Sequence record: OQ417970.1
Origin: Mycobacterium phage prophiT46-2
Length of the DNA: 64,000 nt
Strand: one strand, 5' to 3'
Every line of letters starts with the position of its first letter. Position 1 is the first letter of the stretch. The position numbers were made by a program, and so were the translations under genes. The notes below the pieces were generated by a model. The model worked only from the letters and a program-made list of their open reading frames with translations. It did not search any database and was not told the origin of the DNA. Below, piece by piece: positions 37,411-46,773 of the stretch.

Positions 37411-38469
37411 ATGGCATTCGCAGTCGTTAAGGGCTATGCGCTCCGCGTGACCAAGGTGGATTCGTGCGGTCTGCCCATCCAGGGCAACGCGAACCGCATC
37501 GTCACCGAGGGATTCATTCGGGTCAACCTGGACCCGAATATGAAGGAAGCCAACGAGATCACCCAAGAGAACGCCGCGGGCAAGGAGTGCATCAGTGATC
37601 GCACCCCGGCCGAACGCCGTTGGTGGAACACCGAACTTCAGCTGTGCGGCGTTGACCCGGACCTGTGGTCGCTGATCCTCTTATGGGCGCGGGTGCTTGA
37701 CTACAACGGTGACCCGATCGGCGTGATCGATAGCAAGTCCGTCGATGACAAGTCGGGCGTCATGTTCGAGATCTGGACTGGCGGCCAGGGCGACGACGAC
37801 TGCCCCGAGCCGCTGGATGACTCGATCTTCTCCGCGGCGGCGTCCGGACGCCAATACGGCTACCTCGCTTTTGCGGGCAATGAGTTCGTGTCGGGCGCAA
37901 TTCCTGTTGGCGCCGAAGCGTCGAACTTCACCTTGACGGGTCGCACGATCGCGCCGAAGCGGTGGGGACGGGGCCCGTACAACGTGGCTGCGATCGACCC
38001 CGCCGGCACACCGGGGCGTCTGCTGGTTCCCATGTACAGCAAGCCCTCGGACAACCACCTGATCCTGTTCCGGACCCCGGTGCCGCCGCCGGCGCCCACC
38101 GAGGGTGCGTGCGAGCTGGCGGTGCAGTCGATCTTCACCGGTCCGGGTAAGGCGTACTTCGGTGTGGACGCCGCTGATGTGGCTCCGCCGCAGCCGATCT
38201 GCAACGCCAAGAAGTACACCGTCGCGGTCACAGGCACCGGTAACTGGAAGGCCAAGGTCGGCACTGAGCCGACCGCCGACATCGCGGCCACCGCGCTGCC
38301 CGCGGCGGTGCAGTCGGCGATCGAGGCTCTGCCCTACGTCGAGGTGGGCCAGGTCCAGGTGTCCGGTACGGCCGGCAGCTACACCGTGAAGCTCGACCCG
38401 GCTCTGGGTGCGCTCAGTGCCGACAGCACGGGCCTGACTGGTGGTGCTGCCACCGTCACACCGGTATAG
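37411..38469 (+). CDS. Major structural protein with C-terminal Ig-like domain (major tail subunit-like; major capsid not excluded)
   Basis: 352 aa, strong RBS, lambda gpV-like N-terminus VKGYALRVTKVD.., Ig-like C-terminus ..YTVKLDP..ATVTPV. Confidence 0.4.
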   Translation: MAFAVVKGYALRVTKVDSCGLPIQGNANRIVTEGFIRVNLDPNMKEANEITQENAAGKECISDRTPAERRWWNTELQLCGVDPDLWSLILLWARVLDYNGDPIGVIDSKSVDDKSGVMFEIWTGGQGDDDCPEPLDDSIFSAAASGRQYGYLAFAGNEFVSGAIPVGAEASNFTLTGRTIAPKRWGRGPYNVAAIDPAGTPGRLLVPMYSKPSDNHLILFRTPVPPPAPTEGACELAVQSIFTGPGKAYFGVDAADVAPPQPICNAKKYTVAVTGTGNWKAKVGTEPTADIAATALPAAVQSAIEALPYVEVGQVQVSGTAGSYTVKLDPALGALSADSTGLTGGAATVTPV

Positions 38470-38555
38470 GGGAGCAGGCGAGCGAAACGCCCGGGGTGTC
38501 ACGGCCCCCGGGCGTTTCGTCTTTTGTAAGCACCCCTGACTCTTACCGTGTGCCC

Positions 38556-39299
38556 ATGTCTTGCGATTGGCCGATCGACCGGAGCTGTCTGCCGCCGCTG
38601 CCCGAACTCGGCACCAGCCCGACTGCGGAGGAACAAGCGGCCCACAATCTGGAACTGGTGCGGCGCAGCAACGCCGAAGACATTGCCGTGCACGTGCTGT
38701 GGGCGCTGTCCGGCCGCCAGTTCGGCGCCTGCGCGACCACAGCGCGGCCGTGCCGTTCATACGGGCAGGGATTCGGGTACAGCTCGACCGTTCTGACACT
38801 CGATGCCGGCCAATGGGTGAACTGGCCGTGTGGCTGTATCGGGGGCTGCTCGGTCACGGGCCCGCGGGTAGTGCATCTGCCGGGCCCGGTCGCGTCGATC
38901 ACTGACGTGAGGATCGACGGCGCGGTGCTCAATGAGTCCGAGTACCAGTTGGAGGGAAACGCCCTGTACCGCAAGAACGGTGCATGGCCTAGCCAAGATC
39001 TCGGCAGGCCGCTCGGGGAGCCCGGAACCTGGTCGGTGACCTACGCACGCGGCAACCCCGTACCAGCTGGCGTCGACAAACTGGTGGGCCAACTGGCCCG
39101 CGAATTTGTTGCCGCCTGCGATGACGAAGACACATGCCGCCTGCCGCGCACCGTGGTGGCCACCACCCGCCGCGGTGTGAGCCACGAATTCGATCCGACG
39201 AAGATCCTCGCCGTCGGCAAGACGGGGCTAAGCGAGGTGGACCTGTGGCTGTCCGCGGTCAATCCGCATCGACTCCAGCAGGCACCGGAGGTGCTGTGA
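38556..39299 (+). CDS. Head-to-tail adaptor-like (gp6-like) protein
   Basis: MSCDWPIDRSC.. and AEDIAVHVLWALSGRQFG resemble gp6-like adaptors. Confidence 0.35.
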   Translation: MSCDWPIDRSCLPPLPELGTSPTAEEQAAHNLELVRRSNAEDIAVHVLWALSGRQFGACATTARPCRSYGQGFGYSSTVLTLDAGQWVNWPCGCIGGCSVTGPRVVHLPGPVASITDVRIDGAVLNESEYQLEGNALYRKNGAWPSQDLGRPLGEPGTWSVTYARGNPVPAGVDKLVGQLAREFVAACDDEDTCRLPRTVVATTRRGVSHEFDPTKILAVGKTGLSEVDLWLSAVNPHRLQQAPEVL

Positions 39300-39838
39300 A
39301 TCCCCATGATCCAGCCTCCGACATCGTCAACGAGTTCATCAACGCGATGAAAAAGGCCTTCAACCCAACAGATTCGGTCCAACCGCCGCTCGGTGGCGGC
39401 TCCAAGGATGTGCGGTTCTTCGCCGGCGACGGGCCGCTGCCGCTGTCCGTTTGGGATCCCGAGCACGGGCCGGCGGCGGGCTGCAAAGAGCCGCTGCTCT
39501 GGGTGCGGGTGGATCGCCGATACCGTAGCCGGCGCAGTGATTTTCCTGCCGCCTACGTTGCCGCCCGGGATTGCAAGACCGCTGATGTGGTGCGGGCACT
39601 GGCGGTCGAGATCGGTATCGCACGGTGCGCGGACATGTCCGCCAAACCGAAGTGGCCGGTGCTCGAATCGGAGGCCGAGATCAGCCTGGATGACTCGTTC
39701 CGGATCGAAACGGCGTTGTGTCTGGCGGCCACCGCGCTGACGAAGCCCGATCGTGCAGTAGCCACCGATACCATCGCGCCGCAAGGGCCCGAGGGCGGGC
39801 TGATCGCGTGGACCGGTATGGCCTACGTGTCGCTATGA
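39296..39838 (+). CDS. Structural (neck/tail) protein
   Basis: GTG overlapping upstream stop. Confidence 0.35.
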   Translation: MNPHDPASDIVNEFINAMKKAFNPTDSVQPPLGGGSKDVRFFAGDGPLPLSVWDPEHGPAAGCKEPLLWVRVDRRYRSRRSDFPAAYVAARDCKTADVVRALAVEIGIARCADMSAKPKWPVLESEAEISLDDSFRIETALCLAATALTKPDRAVATDTIAPQGPEGGLIAWTGMAYVSL

Positions 39839-39851
39839 GAGAGGGTGCGCT

Positions 39852-40199
39852 GTGGGGCATTACGTCACGATCGAGGGAAGCCTGACCCCGACCACGGTTC
39901 TGGCGCGGGGTGTGCGCAAGACAGTGGCCGTCACCGACGAGGTCCGCAAGCTGGTGCAGATCGGTGGCGCCGTCGTGGTGGACGGCAGCCTCGAGGAACC
40001 TGCAGTCCCCGGCGATGAGGCCAGCAGCGAAAGCACTTCGCAAGCTGAGACAGCGGACGAAACCGAGCCGGATGCCGCTTCCGATAGCCCGCACACCGAG
40101 GCCGACACGGAGACCTCGGCCAAGCGTGTTCGCGGCGCACGCCGGTCGCCGGCCGCCGACTCGGACGCACCGCAGACGCAGCCTGATGGCACGAGTTAG
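39852..40199 (+). CDS. Structural protein, acidic C-terminus
   Basis: ORF 115 aa. Confidence 0.35.
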   Translation: MGHYVTIEGSLTPTTVLARGVRKTVAVTDEVRKLVQIGGAVVVDGSLEEPAVPGDEASSESTSQAETADETEPDAASDSPHTEADTETSAKRVRGARRSPAADSDAPQTQPDGTS

Positions 40200-40590
40200 G
40201 GGGCGCTTCGAGCTTCACGAACGAGAGCTCAACGACCAGACCCGGTCTTTCGGCCGGCGCCGGATGGCGTCCCTGCAGCGCCGTATCGCCAACCAGGCAC
40301 GCGTCGATGCCCCCGTTCGCACCGGCAACCTCGGCCGCCAGGTCAACGAGGGACACATCGGTTTCACCGGCCCCCGAACGATTTCCGGCAGCGTCGGCAA
40401 CAACGCCCGCTACGCGCTATACGTCCACGAGGGCTCGCGTCCTCACCTCATCCGGCCACGCAACGCCAAAGCGCTGCGGTTCCAGATAGGCGGACGCACG
40501 GTGTTCGCAAAGCTGGTGCACCACCCGGGAACGAAGGCGCGACCATTTCTGCGCAACGCCGGAATGCGAGTGGCATCGCGGGAACGCTGA
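40186..40590 (+). CDS. HK97 gp10-family head-tail joining protein
   Basis: VRTGNLGRQV...NARYALYVHEGS...ARPFLRNA matches the gp10 family pattern. Confidence 0.5.
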   Translation: MARVRGRFELHERELNDQTRSFGRRRMASLQRRIANQARVDAPVRTGNLGRQVNEGHIGFTGPRTISGSVGNNARYALYVHEGSRPHLIRPRNAKALRFQIGGRTVFAKLVHHPGTKARPFLRNAGMRVASRER

Positions 40591-40607
40591 CCAACTATTC
40601 ACTGCGA

Positions 40608-41156
40608 GTGAATCGTTCGCCTGCACCCCTGCTCGGCACGCTACGCGCCATGACCACACCCGCCTCGGAACCCATCCAGCCGCCCGCCCCTGCACCGGCC
40701 GAACCGGCAGCAGCCGGCGCCATCGAACAAGACGTCATCGCGCCTAATACGCAGGTAGTCACTGAACCAGCTGCCCACGGTGATGCGTTGCCAGCGGTCC
40801 GGGCCAGTACCGAGGTAGCGACGCCCAGCGGGTGGCCGCACGAGTTCCTGGAGTTCAGCGGCGACAAGCTCGAAATCAGGGTGCCCACACCACAGGCCAT
40901 GTCGGCGTTATCGCTGGGAATGGGCAAGTACGTTCCGGCGAAGATGAAGAACGAGATCAGCGGCCTGTTCATCGCACGGCATCTGTCGGAAGACACCTAC
41001 GAGCACGTCTACTCGCGGTTGATGAACCCGGACGACACCGGATACAACGCCAACACCATCGGGGAGCTGATCGGCGCGCTGCTCAACGAAGGTGTCGCGC
41101 AATTCGAAAAGGTATCGAAGGCGCCGGAAGCGGTGAACAGCGAGTCCGAGAAGTAG
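40608..41156 (+). CDS. Tail protein immediately upstream of tape measure (chaperone or small major tail subunit)
   Basis: Position; a -1 frame ORF (40832..41185) overlaps its 3' half and reaches the TMP start. Confidence 0.35.
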   Translation: MNRSPAPLLGTLRAMTTPASEPIQPPAPAPAEPAAAGAIEQDVIAPNTQVVTEPAAHGDALPAVRASTEVATPSGWPHEFLEFSGDKLEIRVPTPQAMSALSLGMGKYVPAKMKNEISGLFIARHLSEDTYEHVYSRLMNPDDTGYNANTIGELIGALLNEGVAQFEKVSKAPEAVNSESEK

Positions 41157-41181
41157 CACCCCACCTCGCTAGCTTGAGCCG

Positions 41182-44100
41182 GTGACCACGCCCGTCGGCT
41201 CGATTCGTCTTGATCTGTCGATCGACGGTTCGGACCTTGACGACGAGATCACTGCTGCTGTGCAAAAGCACATGGGGCCCGCCATGGCGAGGCTTCAAGC
41301 GCAGCTTGATCGAATCGAGCGTGAGTATGTCGAGGCCGCGCGTGCTGCTGAGAAGTCCTCCGCCAAGCAGACAGCGGCAGCCAGGGCCGTTGCCGAAGCG
41401 GTCGAGGACATCGGTGACGAGCACACCAAGTCGGCAGCCAAAGCGCGTGCTGGCGAGAGCGTTTCGACACGGTCGATCAACGCGACCACCCGGGCCATCC
41501 AGAAACAGACAGCAGCGTGGGAAGCGAACACGGCGGCGCGGATCGCTGCGGCAGCTGCACCGACCCCGGCCGGACCACCGCCAGGCGGCGGTAGCCGCGG
41601 TGGGGGAGGCGGCGGCTCTGGCGGCGGTGTCAGATGGCATGGCGGCAGGGGAGGTTTCCTTTCCAGCCCCGTGGGATTGAATGCGATTTCACTCGGTGTC
41701 GGCAGCCTTCCGGCCGCGACCACGGCCGTCGTCAACCTCACCGGGGCACTGCAGCAGCTCGTCCAGGTCGGATTCGTCGTACCTGGCGTCATCGGCGGCA
41801 TGGTCTCGTCGGTCGGCACCGCGGTGTTGGGGTTCCACGGCCTGTCCGACGCGGTGAAGGCATCGTGGGAGGCCGCGAAGTCGGGCGACCCGAAGGACAT
41901 CAAGAAAGCTGCCGAGGCAATGCAGGGCCTTGCCCCGGCGGTCCAGGGCGTCGTCAAGGCCATAGTTTCCGCGCGCCCTCAGCTGGAGCATCTACAGCGC
42001 GACATCGTGGCGCAGAACATGTTCGAAGGCGTCGATCAGAGCATCACCGAACTGACCGACAAATCGATACCCACCTTGGAGAAGGGCCTCGGCGGCATCT
42101 CGAAGGCATGGAACGCCACGTTCAAGGAACTGAGCCGAGTCGGCGGCCTGGACTCCTCGCAGTCAATCTTGGACAAGCTGTTCGGCAACACCGCCGACGC
42201 GCAGAACCGCGCCAACGCGGCGATCGAACCGCTGATCCACGGTTTCGGCACACTGACCGCCGAGGGCAGCGACTTCCTGCCGCGCATCGCCGACGGGTTG
42301 ACCGCTGTCACAAAGCGATTCGACAACTGGATCACCCGGTCGGTGGAGAACGGCAACCTCGACAAATGGATCACCGAAGGCATCGAGGGTGCCGACCATC
42401 TGGGCAACACACTGCTGAACATCGGCAAGATCATCGCCTCGATCACCAAAGCCGCTGGCGGCGACGGCGGTCTGTTGTCCGCGCTCGACGGCGGGTCCGG
42501 CGCGCTGGCTGACTTCCTGGCATCGGACAAGGGCCAAGAGAAGCTGATCAAATTCTTCACCGAGGGACGCGAGCAGATCAAGCAGTGGATGCCGATCCTG
42601 GGCAACGTCGCCTCGCTCCTGGGTGATGTTTACGACGGCATGAAGCAGTGGACCGCGGTGCTGCTACCGATCCTCAAAATGGTTACCGACCTTCTCAACT
42701 CGATGCCAGGCGGCATCTCCGGTGTCGTCACAGCATTCCTGGCGTGGAGAACGATCTCCGGCATTACCTCGGTTCTGTCCGGGATAAACAGCATCGGGTC
42801 GGCCCTGGACGGTTTACCTGGGAAAGCAGGGACAGCGGCAGGGGGAATCAACAAGGCGCTGGCAGGTCTGGGCATCGGCGCGGCGGCATTCCAGATCGGC
42901 GGCGGCTTGATCAACTCGGATTCGGGGTTGCAGCAGGCCGGAGGGTTCGCCGCCAACATCGGTGGCGGTGCTCTCGCCGGTGGCCTGATGGGCGGTCCGT
43001 GGGGTGCTGCGCTCGGCGCCATGATTGGTGCCGGTGTGTCGTTGTTCGAGCTGTCTCGCAAGCGCCTGGAGGAAGGCAAAGCCGAGTGGGACAAGTCGTG
43101 GCAGGAGCACCATGACAACCCGCCGCCGCCGGTTATCTCCCCCAGCGGCATCGACCTCAAGACGATGCTTCCGGTCGACCGTGGGCCGTCGCTGTCGCAA
43201 GGCATGCTCGCGCAGATTCAGGCCGGGAAACTTCCGGGGTACAGCATCGGCCCGAACGGCGCGGTGATCGGTCCCGACGGTCAACCACTGCCCGGCCTGA
43301 ACCTGGGCGGCGTGACGCCGTACACCCCCTCGTTCCCGCTACCAACGCTCCCGCCCCCTGCGCCGCCTGCACCGAAAGAACTGACCACGTTCCTGCCGAT
43401 ACCCGGCGCGACGGGGCAAAACGTCCCCGCCCCGCAAGGAACCAACCTCGGTCAGTTGATCGGCGCCGGTGCGTTGCCCGAGGTACAGGCCAACGTCCAG
43501 AAGTTGGCATCGGACATCCAGGCACTGCCCGAGGGTGAGGTCAAGATCAAAGACCCGTCGCCCGAGGTGATGAAAAACCTTGAGTCCCTGGATGTCCAGA
43601 TCACCAAGGTCTCGGAGAACGAGATCCAGGTCAAGGCCAACACCAGTGCGGCACAGGCCCAGGTCGAAGCGTTCATCCTCAAGTACAAGCAGCAGACGAT
43701 CACCATGATGATCCAGGCGCAGGGAATGACTCCCGTGGTGCCTCCTGGCCGCGCCGACGGCGGCGTGCTGCCCGGTTGGTCTCCCGGTGTCGACAACATG
43801 CTGGTACCGATGTCCGGCGGCGAGGGCGTACTCATCCCCGAGGCTGTGCGCGGCCTGGGTGGGGCCGCAGCCATTTACGCCATCAACAGCCGGTTCCGTA
43901 GCGGCCTGTCCCGCAGGGGATACGCGGACGGCGGCGTGGTCGGTGCGGTGGCAGGTATTCCTGGCGTGGATGACAACACCGAACTCGGGGTGCTGCGACA
44001 AATCCGAGACCTGTTGGCAGGCAAGGGCGGCGGCCCGCTGCCCGCGACCTCGGATGCCATCAAGTCCATCGCCTCCGACGGCGTCGCGTCGGCCACCGGC

Positions 44101-46773
44101 AATTCGCCGGCAAGGATGGGGCCATTCGGCACACCGATCAAGGCGCGCAATCCCGGCTACGAGGCCGCCGCGGCGGCGATTCAAGCGCTGGGAGGCGACC
44201 CGGCGAAGTGGATTGGCGAAGACCCGAGCACCTACCTGCCGCGCGGCATCGGCGGAATCGGTGGTGTGGGTGCCGGCGGATACGCGCAGTACGCGGCGCT
44301 GCTGTCAAAGTTCGCCAAGAGCGGCAACCTGACAGCCGAACTCGTCGGTGCTGGTCTGGACGCCAATGACCCGGTCATCCGGGCGATCACCACCGCGCGG
44401 AACAAGAAACGGGGCGCGCTTGGAGACGACGCTATCGCCGCGCTGGTTGAGCAGATCATCGGCGGCGGCGGATACACCGGCTCCCTGAACTCGAGTAACA
44501 GCGCGCTGATCAGCTCGTTGCAGACGTTCCGTGAGAAGCTCGGCAGGGGAGCGGTTCCCAGCGGAACCGCAATCGCGGCGCTCCAGGCAGGCGGCGGCCC
44601 GAAGGGCTCCAAGGCAGGGCTGCAGCCAGGCGCAAACCAGCTGTGGGACTTCATCGCCACCAACTTCCCCGAGGTCCGCGAGATAGGGGGAGTGCGCCAG
44701 GACGCTATCTCTGACCACCCGAGCGGCCGCGCATTGGACATCATGGTCGGCCAAAACAAGGAACTCGGCGACCGTATCAACGCAGCGTTGCGCGCCAACT
44801 ACATTGCGCTGGGCCTGGACTCGACTATCTGGCGCGACAAGTGGGAAGACTTCAACGGCAACAGCTCCACCGTCGCTGGACATCAGGACCACATCCACGC
44901 CAAGGTCGCCGCCGGCGCGGCGACGGACATGCCCGGATTGCAGATGCCAGGCGGTGCCCGCGGTCTGGTCGGCATGGGCAGCGGCGTGGTCCCGGTCTAC
45001 GTGACCAATTTCGACGGCCAAATGCGCGGCATGGGCGACCAAATGCTTGGTGCGCTGTCGCAGTCGAGTGGACTTGCCGCGTCGAACGTCGCAGGCGACG
45101 TGATGAGCGCGGTCGCCGGGCTCGGCCAGGAGCCCTGGAACAAGAAGAACGCCACCTACACCGAGCTCAATCAGCTCGTCAAGGAACGCAACCCGCTGGC
45201 GCTCGCCAAAGCCATGGGCCTGAGTGTCGAGGACTTCACCCGCGCCGGCGGCGACGCAGGAGAACTCACCACCAACGACGGCAAGGCTTTCGACGCCAAC
45301 GGACGCATGTTCTCCGACACAGGCGCCTTACTTGACCGGACATTCACCAGCGTCAACGCCCAACTCAACGCCATGCGTGAACAGCTCGTCGATGTCATCG
45401 AGCAGACCAACGCCAAACTCAACGAGGAAGCGCTGGAGCCGGTCGTCAAGGCAGGTGTGCAATCGGCCCTGGAGAGCTTGAAGGACAGCGTGAGCGGGCA
45501 GATCGGTACCGCCCTGGGGCAGGCGGCTGCACCGCCGATCGCCGATGCGGTCCGCAGCGCGATCCCAGCCGACGGCGGCGGTGGGGGCGCTGCAGCAGGC
45601 ATCGGCGGCAACATCGCTGGCGCACTCTTCGCCACCGGCGGCCCAGTGTATGGCGGCATCCCGGGCAAGGATTCCGTTCCGGCGCTGCTCATGCCGAACG
45701 AACACGTGCTCACCACCGACGACGTAGCCCGCATGGGCGGTCATGCTGGTGTCTACGCGTTCCGGGCCGCCCTTGCCCGCCACGGTGGTGTGCGCGGGTT
45801 CGCCACCGGCGGCGGAGTCAACGTCAACGACACGGTGGGCGCGGAATTCTTTGGCGTATCGCAGATCCCGATCCTGGGCGCCATCGTCAACCTGCTGGTT
45901 CGTGTGCTGCTACGGGTGCTGGGTGTTGAAATTGAGGCCCGAGACACCCTCAATGAGATGACCGACGAGTTCCGCCAGTTCCGCGGCGACTTCGAAGCAT
46001 TCGATGCCAGCGGACGCCTGATGAACGACACCTCCGCGCTCGTCGACCGCTCATCCACCAGCGAGGAAGAAGCGGCACAGGAACGCATCCGGATCCTCAA
46101 GATAGTGATCGAGGCGCTGATCAAATACATCATCGAGAAGGTCATCGTGCCGATCGCGAAAGCCGTTGCCAACGCCGCGATCCAAGCGGGAGCATCGGCG
46201 GCCGGCGCCGCGGTCAACACCCAAGCACCGGGCGCCGGCGGCATTGTGTCCGCTCTCATCAGCTCAGGCGGGCAGGCGGGCGTGGACATCATCGCCGAGA
46301 TCGGTAGCCAGCTCGCCGTCGAGGCGGCAGGGGTGATCATCGACATGCTGGGCGAAGGGCTGCAAAGCTACTTCCCGGACATCGTCAATGCCATCTTCGG
46401 TGGCGGGCTGCTGGAGAACCTGATCGCCGCACCGATCACCGCGGCGCTCGAAATTCCGCTGGCCATCATCGGTGCACTCAGCGGCGGCTTGACGGGTCTG
46501 TTCGCGCCGTTGCTGGCCATCCTGGGTGGTGGATCATTCGATCAGGGCGGCCTCGCGCGCGGTGTCGGCATGATGCCCAAGGCGACGATCCGGCCCGAGC
46601 GTGTCCTATCGCCGCAACAGACCATCCTCTTCGATCGCATGATCGCCGCGCTGGAACGCAACCCTGGCGGCGCCAGCGGCAACCCCACGTATGTGACCGC
46701 GCAGATCAACGTCGAGGGCGGCCCACGAGCGGGCGAGAACGTCCGCGCCGGACTGTTGGAGCTGATGAGCTGA
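41182..46773 (+). CDS. Tape measure protein (1863 aa) with embedded zinc-peptidase-like motif
   Basis: Very long Ala/Gly-rich helical protein in the tail module; SDHPSGRALD...HQDHIH motif. Confidence 0.75.
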   Translation: MTTPVGSIRLDLSIDGSDLDDEITAAVQKHMGPAMARLQAQLDRIEREYVEAARAAEKSSAKQTAAARAVAEAVEDIGDEHTKSAAKARAGESVSTRSINATTRAIQKQTAAWEANTAARIAAAAAPTPAGPPPGGGSRGGGGGGSGGGVRWHGGRGGFLSSPVGLNAISLGVGSLPAATTAVVNLTGALQQLVQVGFVVPGVIGGMVSSVGTAVLGFHGLSDAVKASWEAAKSGDPKDIKKAAEAMQGLAPAVQGVVKAIVSARPQLEHLQRDIVAQNMFEGVDQSITELTDKSIPTLEKGLGGISKAWNATFKELSRVGGLDSSQSILDKLFGNTADAQNRANAAIEPLIHGFGTLTAEGSDFLPRIADGLTAVTKRFDNWITRSVENGNLDKWITEGIEGADHLGNTLLNIGKIIASITKAAGGDGGLLSALDGGSGALADFLASDKGQEKLIKFFTEGREQIKQWMPILGNVASLLGDVYDGMKQWTAVLLPILKMVTDLLNSMPGGISGVVTAFLAWRTISGITSVLSGINSIGSALDGLPGKAGTAAGGINKALAGLGIGAAAFQIGGGLINSDSGLQQAGGFAANIGGGALAGGLMGGPWGAALGAMIGAGVSLFELSRKRLEEGKAEWDKSWQEHHDNPPPPVISPSGIDLKTMLPVDRGPSLSQGMLAQIQAGKLPGYSIGPNGAVIGPDGQPLPGLNLGGVTPYTPSFPLPTLPPPAPPAPKELTTFLPIPGATGQNVPAPQGTNLGQLIGAGALPEVQANVQKLASDIQALPEGEVKIKDPSPEVMKNLESLDVQITKVSENEIQVKANTSAAQAQVEAFILKYKQQTITMMIQAQGMTPVVPPGRADGGVLPGWSPGVDNMLVPMSGGEGVLIPEAVRGLGGAAAIYAINSRFRSGLSRRGYADGGVVGAVAGIPGVDDNTELGVLRQIRDLLAGKGGGPLPATSDAIKSIASDGVASATGNSPARMGPFGTPIKARNPGYEAAAAAIQALGGDPAKWIGEDPSTYLPRGIGGIGGVGAGGYAQYAALLSKFAKSGNLTAELVGAGLDANDPVIRAITTARNKKRGALGDDAIAALVEQIIGGGGYTGSLNSSNSALISSLQTFREKLGRGAVPSGTAIAALQAGGGPKGSKAGLQPGANQLWDFIATNFPEVREIGGVRQDAISDHPSGRALDIMVGQNKELGDRINAALRANYIALGLDSTIWRDKWEDFNGNSSTVAGHQDHIHAKVAAGAATDMPGLQMPGGARGLVGMGSGVVPVYVTNFDGQMRGMGDQMLGALSQSSGLAASNVAGDVMSAVAGLGQEPWNKKNATYTELNQLVKERNPLALAKAMGLSVEDFTRAGGDAGELTTNDGKAFDANGRMFSDTGALLDRTFTSVNAQLNAMREQLVDVIEQTNAKLNEEALEPVVKAGVQSALESLKDSVSGQIGTALGQAAAPPIADAVRSAIPADGGGGGAAAGIGGNIAGALFATGGPVYGGIPGKDSVPALLMPNEHVLTTDDVARMGGHAGVYAFRAALARHGGVRGFATGGGVNVNDTVGAEFFGVSQIPILGAIVNLLVRVLLRVLGVEIEARDTLNEMTDEFRQFRGDFEAFDASGRLMNDTSALVDRSSTSEEEAAQERIRILKIVIEALIKYIIEKVIVPIAKAVANAAIQAGASAAGAAVNTQAPGAGGIVSALISSGGQAGVDIIAEIGSQLAVEAAGVIIDMLGEGLQSYFPDIVNAIFGGGLLENLIAAPITAALEIPLAIIGALSGGLTGLFAPLLAILGGGSFDQGGLARGVGMMPKATIRPERVLSPQQTILFDRMIAALERNPGGASGNPTYVTAQINVEGGPRAGENVRAGLLELMS

